DNA of 64,000 nucleotides from Macrostomum lignano (taxonomy: Eukaryota): contig NIVC01000023.1 in NCBI GenBank assembly GCA_002269645.1, positions 558,001-622,000 on the forward strand. The letters are read 5' to 3'. The notes beneath the pieces are model-generated. The model saw only the letters and a program-made list of their open reading frames with translations. It had not been told where the DNA came from and did not search any database. Of the stretch, positions 20,276 to 32,310 are shown in pieces (within the stretch, counting starts at the first letter, position 1; the number at the start of each line of letters is the position of its first letter). Position numbers and translations under genes: made by a program.

Positions 20276-23200
20276 GCATCACATATTTTTATTTACTCAC
20301 ACTTCAGTGTTTCGGCTCGCGATATTTTTGTTTCTATTTTTAGTCGTTTTTCTTTCATATATATATGTGACTTTCATATATGTGAAAGAAAAACGACTAA
20401 AAATAGAAACAAACTAGCAATCTTCGCCCCCCCGTTGGGGGACATCTGGATAGAATCTCTGTTCTCTACAAGTAACAAAAAGACAGCCAAATAAAGCCTT
20501 CACAATGACGACAGACAAACTGCTCAAATAAAGTGTAATGCAAAAAGAAATCATCCCAAGACAGCAAGCATCCCCCAGATAGCAAGCATCCCCCAGATTG
20601 CAAGCATCCCCCAGATAGCAAGCATCCCCCAGATAGCAAGCATCCCCCAGATTGCAAGCATCCCCCAGATAGCAAGCATCCCCCAGATAGCAAGCATCCC
20701 CCAGATTGCAAGCATCCCCCAGATAGCAAGCATCCCCCAGATTGCAAGCATCCCCCAGATAGCAAGCATCCCCCAGATTGCAAGCATCCCCCAGATAGCA
20801 AGCATCCCCCAGATTGCAAGCATCCCCCAGATAGCAAGCATCCCCAGATTGCAAGCATCCCCCAGATAGCAAGCATCCCCCAGATTGCAAGCATCCCCCA
20901 GATAGCAAGCATCCCCCAGATTGCAAGCATCCCCCAGATAGCAAGCATCCCCCAGATAGGAAGCATCCCCCCTCCCGGATAGCAAGCATCCCCCATATAG
21001 CAAGCATCCCCAAATAGTAAGCATCCACCATACAATACGTAGCTAGTGCTACAATTTCCTCAGCTCTATAGTGGCTCCTTTAAAATTAGCATGACGCTTA
21101 CTTTCACGTTTGAAATTGTGTAAATTTTATGTTTGACATGGTGGCTCTTTAATGTTTGACATGGTGGCTCTTTAATGTTTGACATGGTGGCTCTTTTATG
21201 TTTGACATGGAGTCACATATATGTTTGACATGGAGTCACATATATGTTTGACATGGTGGCTCTTTTATGTTTGACATGGTGGCTCTTTAATGTTTGACAT
21301 GGTGGCTCTTTAATGTTTGACATGGTGGCTCTTCTATGCTTGACATGGTGGCTCTTTAATGTTTGACATGGTGGCTATTTTGTGTTTGACATGATAGCTC
21401 TTTAATGTTTGACATGGTGGCTCTTTAATGTTTAACATGGAGTCACGTATATTTTTGACATGATGGCTTTTTTATGTTTCACATGGTGGCTCTTTTATGT
21501 TCGACATCGTTGCTCTTTTATGTCTGATATGGTGGCTCTTTTATGTTCGACATGGTGGCTCTTTTATGTTTGACATGGTGGCTCTTTTATGTTCGACATG
21601 GTGGCTCTTTTATGTTCGACATGGTGGCTCTTTTATGTTCGACATGGTAGCTCTTTTATGTTCGACATGGTGGCTCTTTTATGTTTGACATGGTAGGTCT
21701 TTTATGTTCGACATGGTGGCTCTTATATGTTTGACATGGTGGCTCTTTTATGTTCGACATGGTGGCTCTTTTATGTTCGACATGGTAGCTCTTTTATGTT
21801 CGACATGGTGGCTCTTTTATGTTTGACATGGTAGGTCTTTTATGTTCGACATGGTGGCTCTTATATGTTTGACATGGTGGCTCTTTTATGTTTGACATGG
21901 TGGCTCTTTTATAATTGACATGGTGGCTCTTTAATGTTTGATATGGTGGCTCTTTAATGTTTGACATGATGCCTCTTTTATGTTTGACATGGTAGGTCTT
22001 TAATGTTTGACATGATAGCTCTTATATGTTTGACATGGTAGGTCTTTAATGTTCGACATGGTGGCTCTTTAATGTTTGACATGGTGGCTCTTGAATGTTT
22101 GACATGGTGGCTCTTTTATGTTTGACATTGCGCTTTTTTATGTTTAGCAGTTTTGTTGTGTTTTAAGGTGTTTTAATAAAAAAATATTTTTGAACTACTA
22201 AGATTTGAACCCAGATCGCTACATTAGCAGTCCAGTCTGTTTGCATTCCGACTATCTCTTTTCAATTGGAGAACATGAATTGCTGCCCTTATAACTCAAT
22301 TCTCACAGCAAGTCAGTTAGAGTAAAAAGTTATGACATAATCAATTTCTCAGTCAGCCAGTATCAGTCTCAATTTAAGTTAGCAATATTGGTTACGCAAT
22401 TTAAATCAAGTTGTGTGTGCATTTCTTCGGCACTGTTTTCAGTTTGTTATGATGTAATCTTTATCAGAATTGAAATTCAGTCAGTCAGGTTTTTCTCTAG
22501 TATTCTTACAATGCATTTCAAGTCGAAAATTTTGCTTGACCTTTGCAAAAAAGCATGTTTTTCGAATATTTAATCCCTTTAACATTGAGCAATTTCTTAG
22601 CCAGGATGCATGTACCGTCCCAGAAAAATTTCTGATCGAATGGTGCAAGTTTGAAGAAAATCGGTTGAGCCGTTTTTTCTGAAATCAATCGCATACCCAT
22701 ATACATACATACATACATACATACAGACAACTCATTTTTAGGATATAGGAAGCAATCTTCGCCCCCCGATGGGGGACATCTAGATAGAATCTCTGTTCTC
22801 TACAAGTATCAATAAGATGGCCAAACAAAGCCTTCACATAGTCAATAGAAAAACTGCTCAGATGAAGTGCAATGCGAAAAGAAAACATCCTAAGACAGCA
22901 AGCATCCCCCCAGATAGCAAGCACCTCCAGATAGCAAGCATCCCCCCAGATAGCAGGCACCCCCCAGATAGCAAGCACCCCCCAGATAGCAAGCATCCCC
23001 CCAGATAGCAAGCACCCCCCAGATAGCAAGCATCCCTCAGATAGCAAGCACCTTCATGGTGGCTCTTTTTTGTTCGACATGGTGGCTCTTTTTTGTTCGA
23101 CATGGTAACTATTTTATGTTTGATACGCTGGCTTTTTAATGTCTGACATGTTGGCTCTTTTATGTTTGACATGGTGGCTCTTTAATGTTCGACAAAGTGG

Positions 23201-25492
23201 CTCTTTAATGTTTGACATGGTGGCTATTGTTTGACATGGTGGCTCTTTAATTTTCGAAATAGTGGCTCTTCAATGTTTGAAATGGTGGCTCTTTGATGTT
23301 CTTCATGATATAGCTCTTTTATGTTACACATGGTGGCACTTTAATGTTCGACATGGTGGTTCTTTAATGTTTGACATAAAGTCACATATATGTTTGACAT
23401 GGTGGCTCTTAAATGTTTGACATGGTGACTCTTTAATGTTTCAAATGGTGGCTCTTTAATGTTTTACATGGTAGCTCTTTAATATTCTACATTGTGGCTC
23501 ATTTATGTTTGACATGGTGGCTCTTTAATGTTCAAAAAAGTGGCTCCTAAATGTTTGACATAGTGGCTCTTTGATGTTCGAAATAGTGGCTCTTTTATGG
23601 TCGACATGGTGGCTCTTTAATGTTCGAAATGGTGGCTCTTTAATGTTCGAAATAGTGGCTCTTTTATTTTTGACATGGTGGCTCTTTTAGGTTTGACATG
23701 GTGGCTCTTTTATGCTTGATATGGTGGCTCTTTAATGTCTAGCATGGTGACTTTTAATGTTTGACATGGTGGCTCTTTAATGTTCGACATGGTGGCTCTT
23801 TAATATTCGACATGGTGGCTCTTTAATGTTCGACATGGTGGCTCTTTAATGTTTGACATGGTGGCTCTTTAATGTTTTACATGGTAGCTCTGTTATGTCC
23901 AAAATGGTGGCTCTTTAATGTTTGACATAAAGTCACATATATGTTTGACATGGTGGCTCTTAAATGTTTGACATGTTGGCTCTTTTATGTTCGAAATGGT
24001 GGCTCTTTTTTGTTCTACATGGTAACTCTTTTATATTTGATACGGTGGCTTTTTTAATGTCTGACATGTTGGCTCTTTAATGTTTGACAATGTGGCTTTT
24101 GAATGTTTGACATGGTGGCTCTTTAATGATAGACATGGTGGCTCTTTTACGTTCGAAATGGTGGCTCTTTATTGTTCGAAATAGTGGCTCTTTTATGTTC
24201 GACATGGTGGCTCTTTAATGTTCGAAATGGTGGCTCTTTAATGTACGACATAATGGCTCTTTAATGTTTGACAATGTGGCTTTTGAATGTTTGACATGGT
24301 GGCTCTTTAATGTTTGACATGGTAGCTCTGTTATGTTCGACATGGTGGCTCTTCTAGGTTTGACACGAAGGCTCTTAAATGTTTAACATGGTGGCTCTTT
24401 AATGTTTCACATGGTGGCTCTTTAATGTTTTACACGGTGGCTCTTTTATGTTTAACATGGTAGCTCTTTGTTATTTTACATGGCGGCTCTTTCATGTTTG
24501 ACAAAGTGGCTCCTAAATGTTTGACATAGTGGCTCTTTGATGTTCGAAATAGTGGCTCTTATATGGTCGACATGGTGGCTCTTTATTGTTCGAAATAGTG
24601 GCTCTTTTATTTTCGACATCGTGGCTCTTTAATGTTCGAAATGGTGGCTGTTTAATGTTCGAAATGGTGGCTCTTTTATGTTTGACATAAAGTCACTTAT
24701 ATGTTTTACATGGTGCCTCTTAAATATTAGACATGGTGGCTCGTTTAGGTTTGACATGGTGGCTCTTTAATATTCGATATGTTGGCTCTTTTATGTTCGA
24801 CATGGTAGCTCTTCTATGTTTGACATTGCGCTTCTTTTATGTTTAGAAGTTTTGTGTTTTTAAGGTGTTTTAATAAAAAAAAATCTTTTTTGCACTACTA
24901 AGATTCGAACCCAGGTCGCTACAATAGCATTCCAGTCTGTTCGCATCTGGGCTATCTTTTTCAATTGGAGAACATGAATTGTGGCCCTTATAATTCAATT
25001 CTTACAGCAAGTCAATTGGAGTAAAAAGTTATGACATAATCAATTTCTCAGTCAGCCAGAATCAGTCTCAATTTAAGTTGCCAATATGGTTACGCAATTT
25101 TAATCAAGTCGTGTGTGCATTTCTTCGGCACTGTTTTCAACTTGTTGTGATGCAATCTTTATGACAATCAGAATTCAGCCAGTCAGTTTTTTTCTCTAGC
25201 ATTCTTACAATGCATTTCAGGTCGAAAGAGCTGCTTGACCTTTGCAAAAAGCATGTTTTTCGAATATTTAATCCCTTTATCATTGAGCAATTTTTTAGCC
25301 AAGATGCATGTACCGTCCCAGGAAAATTTCTGATCGAATGGTGCAAGTTTGAAGAAAATCGGTTGAGCCATTTTTTCTGAAATCTATCGCATACCTACCC
25401 ACATACAGACAACTCATTTTTAGTATATAGGAAATATCGCGAGCCGAAACACTGACGTGTGAGTAAATAAAAATGTGATGCAACTACGATGC
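20276..25492. mobile_element. Palindromic MITE split by the Helitron insertion (arms 20276-20413 and 25433-25492)
   Basis: Left arm CAGTGTTTCGGCTCGCGATATTTTTGTTTCTATTTTTAGTCG. Its reverse complement is restored exactly by joining 20413 to 25433. Confidence 0.8.
20414..25432 (-). mobile_element. Non-autonomous Helitron, head-to-tail dimer (unit A 25432-22751, unit B 22750-20414) carrying internal 23-bp and 18-19-bp minisatellites
   Basis: Minus-strand 5' end TCCTATATACTAAAAATGAGTTGTCTGTATG occurs twice. The 3' end is hairpin CCCCCAACGGGGGG + CGAAGATTG + CTAG, with no TSD. A ~600-bp block is duplicated (22140-22750 vs 24830-25432). Internal arrays are (ATGTTTGACATGGTGGCTCTTTT)n and (AGCAAGCATCCCCCAGAT)n. 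Confidence 0.82.
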
Positions 25493-25762
25493 AAATACAA
25501 ATGTACAATAATGTATACAACATCTGCCTAAGATTTCAGTTTCAAAGCGATGAACGTATAAAACATTCGACGTAATTATTTTACCGATTAATCTTCAGAA
25601 TTGGCCGGTGTTAAATAATACGGTTCTAACTATAGCTGTTGAATTTTTTAAAGCTGTAGTCAATAAGCTTTGTTAAAACAAACCGTAAAAATTATAAACA
25701 AACAATAAGGCACACTGACTTGGTTTACAATGTCCGCAACAATCAGCACAAAATAAAATTTG

Positions 25763-26506
25763 TTAAACTTGTCCTTGCGAAAAGTCCATAGTCGCCGGAG
25801 TTGCGAATCGAAATCCGTACTTGTTCTTGCCCCGGCGAATCGGCATTTGATTAGCAAATCTTCGACGAACGATAATAATTAATATGATAGCTGCCACCAG
25901 TATAACGCCTAGTAGAGAGCAGGTTATGGCCAAGCCGACAACGGCTGACCACAGATTGCGATTCTCCAACCGCAGCGATCCAGGTGTCATCTTGTGGCAG
26001 TTGCAGTCTTTTCGAGTTTTTGATACACACGGTGTTGATGACGTGCTGTCTCTAGACAATGTGCTTCTGGACGAGCCCACTCCTGAAGTGGTGGCAGTAC
26101 CAGCTGTGCTGCTGCCACCAGACAGTTCCACTCCTGAAGTGGTGGCAGTACCAGCTGTGCTGCTGCCACCAGACAGTTCCACTCCTGAAGTGGTGGCAGT
26201 ACCAGCTGTGCTGCTGCCACCAGACAGTTCCACTCCTGAAGTGGTGGCAGATTCACCAACTGAAGATTCTACAGCGTCAATGCTACTTGTTTCAATCGTA
26301 GCGGTGACAGTCGGTGGCTCTTGAGATACTAAAATTTTTAAACGTAATTTTTAAAGTTAAATCGATCAAATTTCATTGTAAAGTAGAATGCAGGTACAGT
26401 GAGTATACGGCAGCGCTACAAATAGAAACTTACGAACAGGTGCATGTAGTAGGATCAACCCGATGACTAGGGCAAAAATCAGCTCAATTTCTCGATGATG
26501 AGTCAT
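25763..26506 (-). CDS. Small type I membrane mucin/proteoglycan-like protein, 209 aa, 2 exons (26506-26434, 26319-25763)
   Basis: Exon 1 MTHHREIELIFALVIGLILLHAPV is signal-peptide-like and ends at C|GTAAGT. A phase-1 acceptor TCTCAAG at 26320 restores the frame. Then S/T-rich ectodomain with 54-bp repeats (ELSGGSSTAGTATTSGV), a Cys cluster CVSKTRKDCNC, TM SAVVGLAITCSLLGVILVAAIILIIIV and RRR stop-transfer. Confidence 0.82.
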
Positions 26507-26588
26507 GGTTGCAACAGCAAAGTGGCGGTGGGGGCTTCCAGCTGATGACTTTTGAAACGTTTGTACTGGTCGTGCATTGGGCATTGTA

Positions 26589-26596
26589 TATTTATA
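26589..26596 (-). promoter_or_regulatory. Putative TATA box of the small membrane mucin gene
   Basis: TATAAATA on the minus strand ~85 nt upstream of the ATG at 26506. Confidence 0.55.
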
Positions 26597-26895
26597 CACT
26601 CGCAGCCAAGACAGATGAGTAAAATTAGCATCTGTTTTGGTCGGATTCCTGTTTTCCATCTCATCATGTTTACGCGCGATATACTGTATAGGCAAGGAAA
26701 GAGTTATGATTCATGCAAATATTATCACATCAGCCAAAGACGGCTATAGAAGTTCGTTAACTAAATTTACTTGAATTACTTTTTGGAGTTTTGAGTAAGA
26801 AACTATACTCAACTTCATGACTCACGCTTATGCTGAACTAGAGTAAAAAATGTAAAATTTTCGTGTTTAGACTAAAAATTAATAAAAACTAAACA

Positions 26896-27757
26896 TAGCT
26901 TTTTGCAGCCCTTTTGGGCTTACACGCATTGAATTTTATCCAAAACCGTGGATGAAGGAATAGGAAGGAATCTATTCCGTCATCCATGTCCAAAACACGG
27001 TTGCCAAATGGAGCTTTTGTCTATGGTAGCAAGGCTGGCACTGTGGAATTTAATTTGGTCCAACAAGCACCAATTTGGTCCAAACGCTCGTGAGCCATTC
27101 GGCAAACTCTTGCCTTCTCGCAACCGTCTGTGGTTGTTTTGAGTGCCGCTGGAAGTTCAGCGTCTCTACCAACAATTTCCAGTTGCTTCTCCAGAGCTCT
27201 GCTGACAGTCGAAAGCTGGAACTGTTTCTTTAACTTCTACTGCATTTTCTGCAACGTCAACAAAAGGTTCGTCTTAACTCCGTCGAGTAGCAGTTACACC
27301 TGCATGAGGCTCCAGCAACTTGCCTTGGCGATTGCTACCCTTTCGCAGGCGATCTCTGCTTGCAGTGGTTTCAACGCACTGATGGATGCTGTAAACTACC
27401 TTTTCTTTTACATTCAGCAGCCTTGCAATGTCATTTGGGTGTTCAAAGGTAAACTACCTTTTCTTTTACATTCAGCAGCCTTGCAATGTCATTTGGGTGT
27501 TCATCTCTGCCGAGAGCTTCGATCACATTCGTTCGACTGCTCAGCATACTCGTATGGTCCACAATTGTGGGGCAGATGTTGCTCCTCCGCAGCCATTGCA
27601 AATGAAGCTATGGACCAAATTGATGCTTGTTGGACCAAATTAAATGCTGCTATGCCAGCCTTGCTACCATAGAAAAAGCTCCGCCACATTGGCAAACGTA
27701 TCTTGGATTAAATTCAATGCGCGTAGGCCCAAATGGCAAATGAGCTGCAAAAAGGTA
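26896..27757 (-). mobile_element. Second, more diverged copy of the Tc1/IS630-derived element at 18980-19728
   Basis: Same TIR sequence (TAGCTTTTTGCAGCCC..GCTGCAAAAAGGTA) and colinear internal sequence with small duplications. Confidence 0.75.
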
Positions 27758-29119
27758 CTTTAGATTGTTAGATTTGCTTGTCTCTCAGTTAGTTTTCACT
27801 GTCTATGGCCTAACGCATCTTGATCCGATAGTTTTCAACCTTGAAATTTCATCTCCAGTCGCAGTCACCGCGCCGGGGGCGTAGTCTAAAATCCAACTCA
27901 GCTGACGAGAATCCATCTAGGCTATAAGTTCTCCATCATGTAGATTCTTCAAGTTGATTGAATGCATTAATTTTGCTTTTCGTTTTTCTTCTGCTTCTCT
28001 CTTCTATTTATAAATTGCTTCCTTGGGCTTTGCAACTGATTTTTGACATCACTCCTCACTGATCTTTATTGATATTCTATGGTATAACTAACCGCGCCAT
28101 AATCCAACATTTTCCAAAATCAACCAATCCGCTGGCAGTAGACAATTTGCCTATATGGAGCTCCCGTAGGGTGAGGGGTTTTTTCCATAGACACGCGCTG
28201 AATGGGGGTTTCCTCAAAGGCTAGTAGTATAACTTTTTGCAAGCCATTTGATATTATGAGCAAGCAATTTAATAATCAGTGGGGAAACCCAGTGTTAGAA
28301 GATAGATTTCTCAGTACTCTATGGTCCAATCCAATGTGCTTTGGAGCAACCAATTTAATAATCTGAGCACTCATTTAGTCATTTAGACTTGTCACATTTA
28401 AACACTGCAATTAGGGAGACAACGCAATAAAGTACAAGTAGTTTGAGAAAGAAAACTGAACACAACTGAACCGTCAACTGATAGGGCAGAAAACTAGCAA
28501 AAGTGGGTTAGTGAAATGAAGCGCCTTGTCGACGCCTTCGGATTATTGATCGAGTTGAGCAGCTCCTCGATGAACACCTGGAATAGGTCGGCAGTCAGTG
28601 TCTAGCTCACGATCTTATGGCGGACCAGACCAAGATAGGGTGAAACCTCCTGGATGATCTTCATCAACATAGATCAGATGACATTCTGGGGTTAAATCAG
28701 ACAGTCGCTGGGCGAGTTCCTGCCTCCCTCCACGCTATATTCTCTGGCGAGTTTCGAACCACCGGTATGTCTGCATCTCTTCCAAGACTTCAAAATGATT
28801 AATAACTGCTTGTCGAGGCTTTTGCTTATTGTGGCTTCACTCAAGGCTACTCAAGACCATGGTGTTTCGAAATGTTTTTTTTAGCGTCAACAGTGGAGCC
28901 ACGGTGCTGCATGATCTTGCTCATTTAGCGCTTCATCAGCAGTGACAAAGCTTTCTCCGTCTTATTCAAAAAGCTCGCTGGCTTCCTCGTCTTCTACCAT
29001 GTTGAATGCGTGCGTCTATTTGCAGCCAATGCGATACAAATAACACTGGAAATGACTAAATGGGTGCTCGGATTATTAAATTGATTGCTCCAAAGCCCAT
29101 GGTTTGGACCATAGAGTAC

Positions 29120-31900
29120 CGAGAAATCTATATTTAGCGCTGGGGTTTCCCAGATTTCTTCCCGGCTTGCAGTGATAGGCACAGCCTCAAGGCCGTAGAG
29201 GAAGATGGGCTTGACCGCACCTCGGAAGATGCATAGTTTGAGCTGATCGTCCATCGATGAGGCAAAAACAGGACTGAGCTGGTCAGCTGCCCTCCAGACT
29301 TCTCCACGCCGGTCCGCAATAATTTCATCTGGAGAGGTGACAAGAGAGCCGAGGTAGCGGAAGTCCCGGCACTCTGTAATGATGTCACCGCTAGGAAGGA
29401 TCAGAGCAGGGGCGTTCGCGATGCCGACGTGCAGGACCTCGGTTTTTTGGGCCTGATTCTCAGGCCAACTCGCTCGCCTTCATGACAGAGGCGGGTGAGG
29501 GTGTGCTGAGCGGCTTCCGGGTCTTGGCAGGAGAGGACGATGTCGTCAGCAAAAGCGAGGGCAGCGATCGTGACACCGGGGAAACGTCCGCTCCTGCGGC
29601 GTGCGACGACAAAGCCGTCTTCTTTCTCGAGCGCGCGGCGGAGGACGTAATCGATCAGAACGATGAAGATGAAAGAGGCGAGGGTGTCCCCGTGCAGGAC
29701 GCCAGAGCTGGTGGAGAAGTAATCTGTGCGATCCTCTGTGCGAGCTAAACAAAACTTTGGTGTTACGAGAGGTGCTTATTAAGTTCCCGGAAAAGTTCAG
29801 TTCTGATAATCGAATCAGCGACCACAGTCTATTATAATTTCTCAACATAATTTCCACCCTATTCGAAGCACTTTTGTAGGCGCTGGAACCATGCGTCGAA
29901 GCACCCCCTGAGATCAGCTTTGGTGAAGTTGTCCAGCTCAGCTTGCAGCGCAACAATCAGCTCCTCCCTCGAGTCGAAGCGCTTCCCCTTCAAATTTTTC
30001 TTCATCCTGGGAAAGAGGAGGAAGTCAGCAGGCGCCAGGTCCGGCGAATATGCCGGATGCGGCAACTGGACTAGCTGGGTCGCCTGAAGGAACTCCTGGG
30101 TCACTCGTGCCCGGTGCGCGGGAGCGTTGTCCTGATGGAGGAAATGCATTTGTCAAGCGTCTTCGACCGCTGCTGTGCGAGCGCCTGCAGAACCTGAGGC
30201 AAGCAGACGGTGCTTTACCATTCTGCCGTCACTGTGGCACCTTGCTGCAGCAGCACTGGCGGTAGGATGCCGCTGCGTCGGAAGAAAATGGCCGCCATCA
30301 CTTTTCCGACGCTGCCCTCGCGACGAAATTTGATGCTTCTTTGACTCTTCTCTTTGGTCTCTAGGTCATAGAAGTAGACCCAGGTTTCGTCGCCAGTGAG
30401 GATGTTATCCACTAACTTTGAGCGGCCTCCGTCAAACCTGGCCGCCATGAGGTCGGCAAACTCAACTCGGGCTCGCATCTGGTCAGCGCTGAGCTGGTGG
30501 GGCACCCAGCGAGCGGACAGCTTCCTCATGCGGAGGTGCTGATGCAGGATCTTAAATGATGGTGGAATCCGACACCTCGACGAGCTGCTCCAACCAGCGA
30601 ATCGTCACTCGCGGATCTTCGACCACGTGGCGTCGAACAGCAGCAACGACTCCGTCCGACACGGCCGAACTTGGCCGCCCCTCGCGAGGATCGTCGTCCA
30701 GAGTGGCCGAGCCGAGCCACAGCGGAAGCGCGCAAACAACTCATACACCATCGACTGGGATGGCGCTTGATCCCGAAGAGCCTCACGCAGCGTCTGGAGG
30801 CAGGTGGCCGCAGAGCTGCCCAGCCGAAACTGGACCCGGATCGCCACTCGCCTGTCGCGGTCAGTCAGCTGTGGCAAGGGAGGGGGGCACTTTTTCAGCC
30901 AAACTTTGGCCACTGCGGCGGATCATTGCGATCGATTAAGCTGAAACTTTACAAGCAAACGTGGAACATCCCACCTAACTGCTGATGAAGTTTCGTTTGA
31001 TTTTCGCATTTTCAAGCTGCATTTTCCGGGAACTTAATAAGCACCCTCGTAGAGGTCCGTCACCGCGCAGAGGGCTCGAGGAACTTCGTAAGCGGCCAAA
31101 ATAAGGGGGATGACAGAGCGATCGATATGGTGTCAAAAGCTTTGATGAAATCAACAAAGATAATGCTAACTATATTGTGCCTCAGCTAGCCTGCATGTTT
31201 CGACAATGCACTGGACGGTAGCGATTTGCTCGGTGGTTGACAGGCCCGGCCGAAATCCGCTCTGAACGGCGAGCAGAAGTGGGTCGATGACCCGCACAAG
31301 CCGCGGTTTCTCAGTATCTCAGCAGTTTGGGAAGCGTGCACTCAAGCTGATTGTTCAAGTCGGTCGAGGTGTCCTTCGGGATTGACACAATTCTTGAGGT
31401 GCGCCACGTCTCTGGGGCCTGGGTGGAAGGATCACCTCCGATTGGTGAGTTGTTGTTAAGTAGAGCCGTGACGATGTCCGTCAGTTCAGGCAGCTTGAGC
31501 ACCCGAGCTGAGAGGGATGTCACCGAGGCCCGCAGCAGCATCAGGCTTCATCCTGTCAAGTGCGTATAGCGAACCTCACTCACAGTGATGGGTTCAACAT
31601 CGAAGTCGCTCTCTTTCGCCGGGTTGAGCCCCGGGACAGGGATCGGAGGATCTGAGCTGCAGGTCAGGCAGGAGAGATCGAGAGAGAGAGAGCTAGAGAG
31701 GAGTACATGCGTGAGTCTCGGCAGCAGAGGACGATTTCGTCAGCAAAAGCGAGGGCAGCGATCGTGACACTGGGGAAACGTCGGCTCCTGCGGCGTGCGA
31801 CGACAAAACTGTCTTCTTTCTCGAGCGCGCGGCGGAGGACGTAATCGGAGGATCTGAGCTGCAGGTCAGGCAGGAGAGATCGAGAGAGAGAGAGAGAGAG
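29120..31900 (-). mobile_element. Decayed non-LTR retrotransposon (RTE-like reverse transcriptase), interrupted by mariner at 29766-31049
   Basis: Frameshifted RT motifs: WRTSRIVSIPK, QSGFRPGLSTTEQI, IFVDFIKAFD, SGVLHGDTLASFIF, LAFADDIVL, FRYLGS, KLCIFRGAVKPIFLYGLE. Confidence 0.85.
29766..31049 (-). mobile_element. Full-length mariner (D,D34D) transposon, 1284 bp, transposase disrupted
   Basis: TIRs CGAGAGGTGCTTATTAAGTTCCCGGAAAA / TTTTCCGGGAACTTAATAAGCACCCTCG with TA duplications at 29764-65 and 31050-51. Motifs WVPHQL, TGDETW, HQDNAPAH and YSPDLAPAD; 34 residues separate the last two Asp. The ORF is split across three frames. Confidence 0.95.
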
Positions 31901-32149
31901 AAGGAGTACATGCGTGATGATTATTAATGAGAACACATGGCTACGAGGAGAATTTTATCTGTCGAAAGGGGACTAAAAGTTGCGTGGGTTTGAGAATCAA
32001 GAAAATAATAGAGGTAGTTTATGCGATCCATCACTACCAAGTCGATTAAACTACGACCCTTCAAACTGCAGTGAAGGGTCAGTGCAAAGTGCAAAGTTCA
32101 GTGCAAAGGGTCCACTGGAGGCAGCAGCAGTGGCGGCGCTCGATTCGGC

Positions 32150-32310
32150 GCGACAATCCGCTGCAAAACGTTGCCCAACTGCGCGAATCACTGTCTACTG
32201 CATGGCAACAACTAGCTCAAGATTTTCTCATTCTGCGACGCCTGGTTCTGGGGATGCCCCGGAGAGTGAGCGCTCTGCTGTACGCACGTGGCTGCTATAC
32301 GCGTTACTGA
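32150..32310 (+). mobile_element. Tc1 transposase C-terminal remnant
   Basis: PLQNVAQLRESLSTAWQQL..LVLGMPRRVSALLYARGCYTRY* fits the Tc1 C-terminal consensus (W..I..L+.SMPRR+.A+..A.G..T.Y). Confidence 0.7.

Noticed and set aside
20414-21035. Cys/Gly-rich ORFs (GGCLLS, GDACYL; also 22685-23172)
   Set aside because: They are translations of the 18-19-bp minisatellite inside the Helitron.
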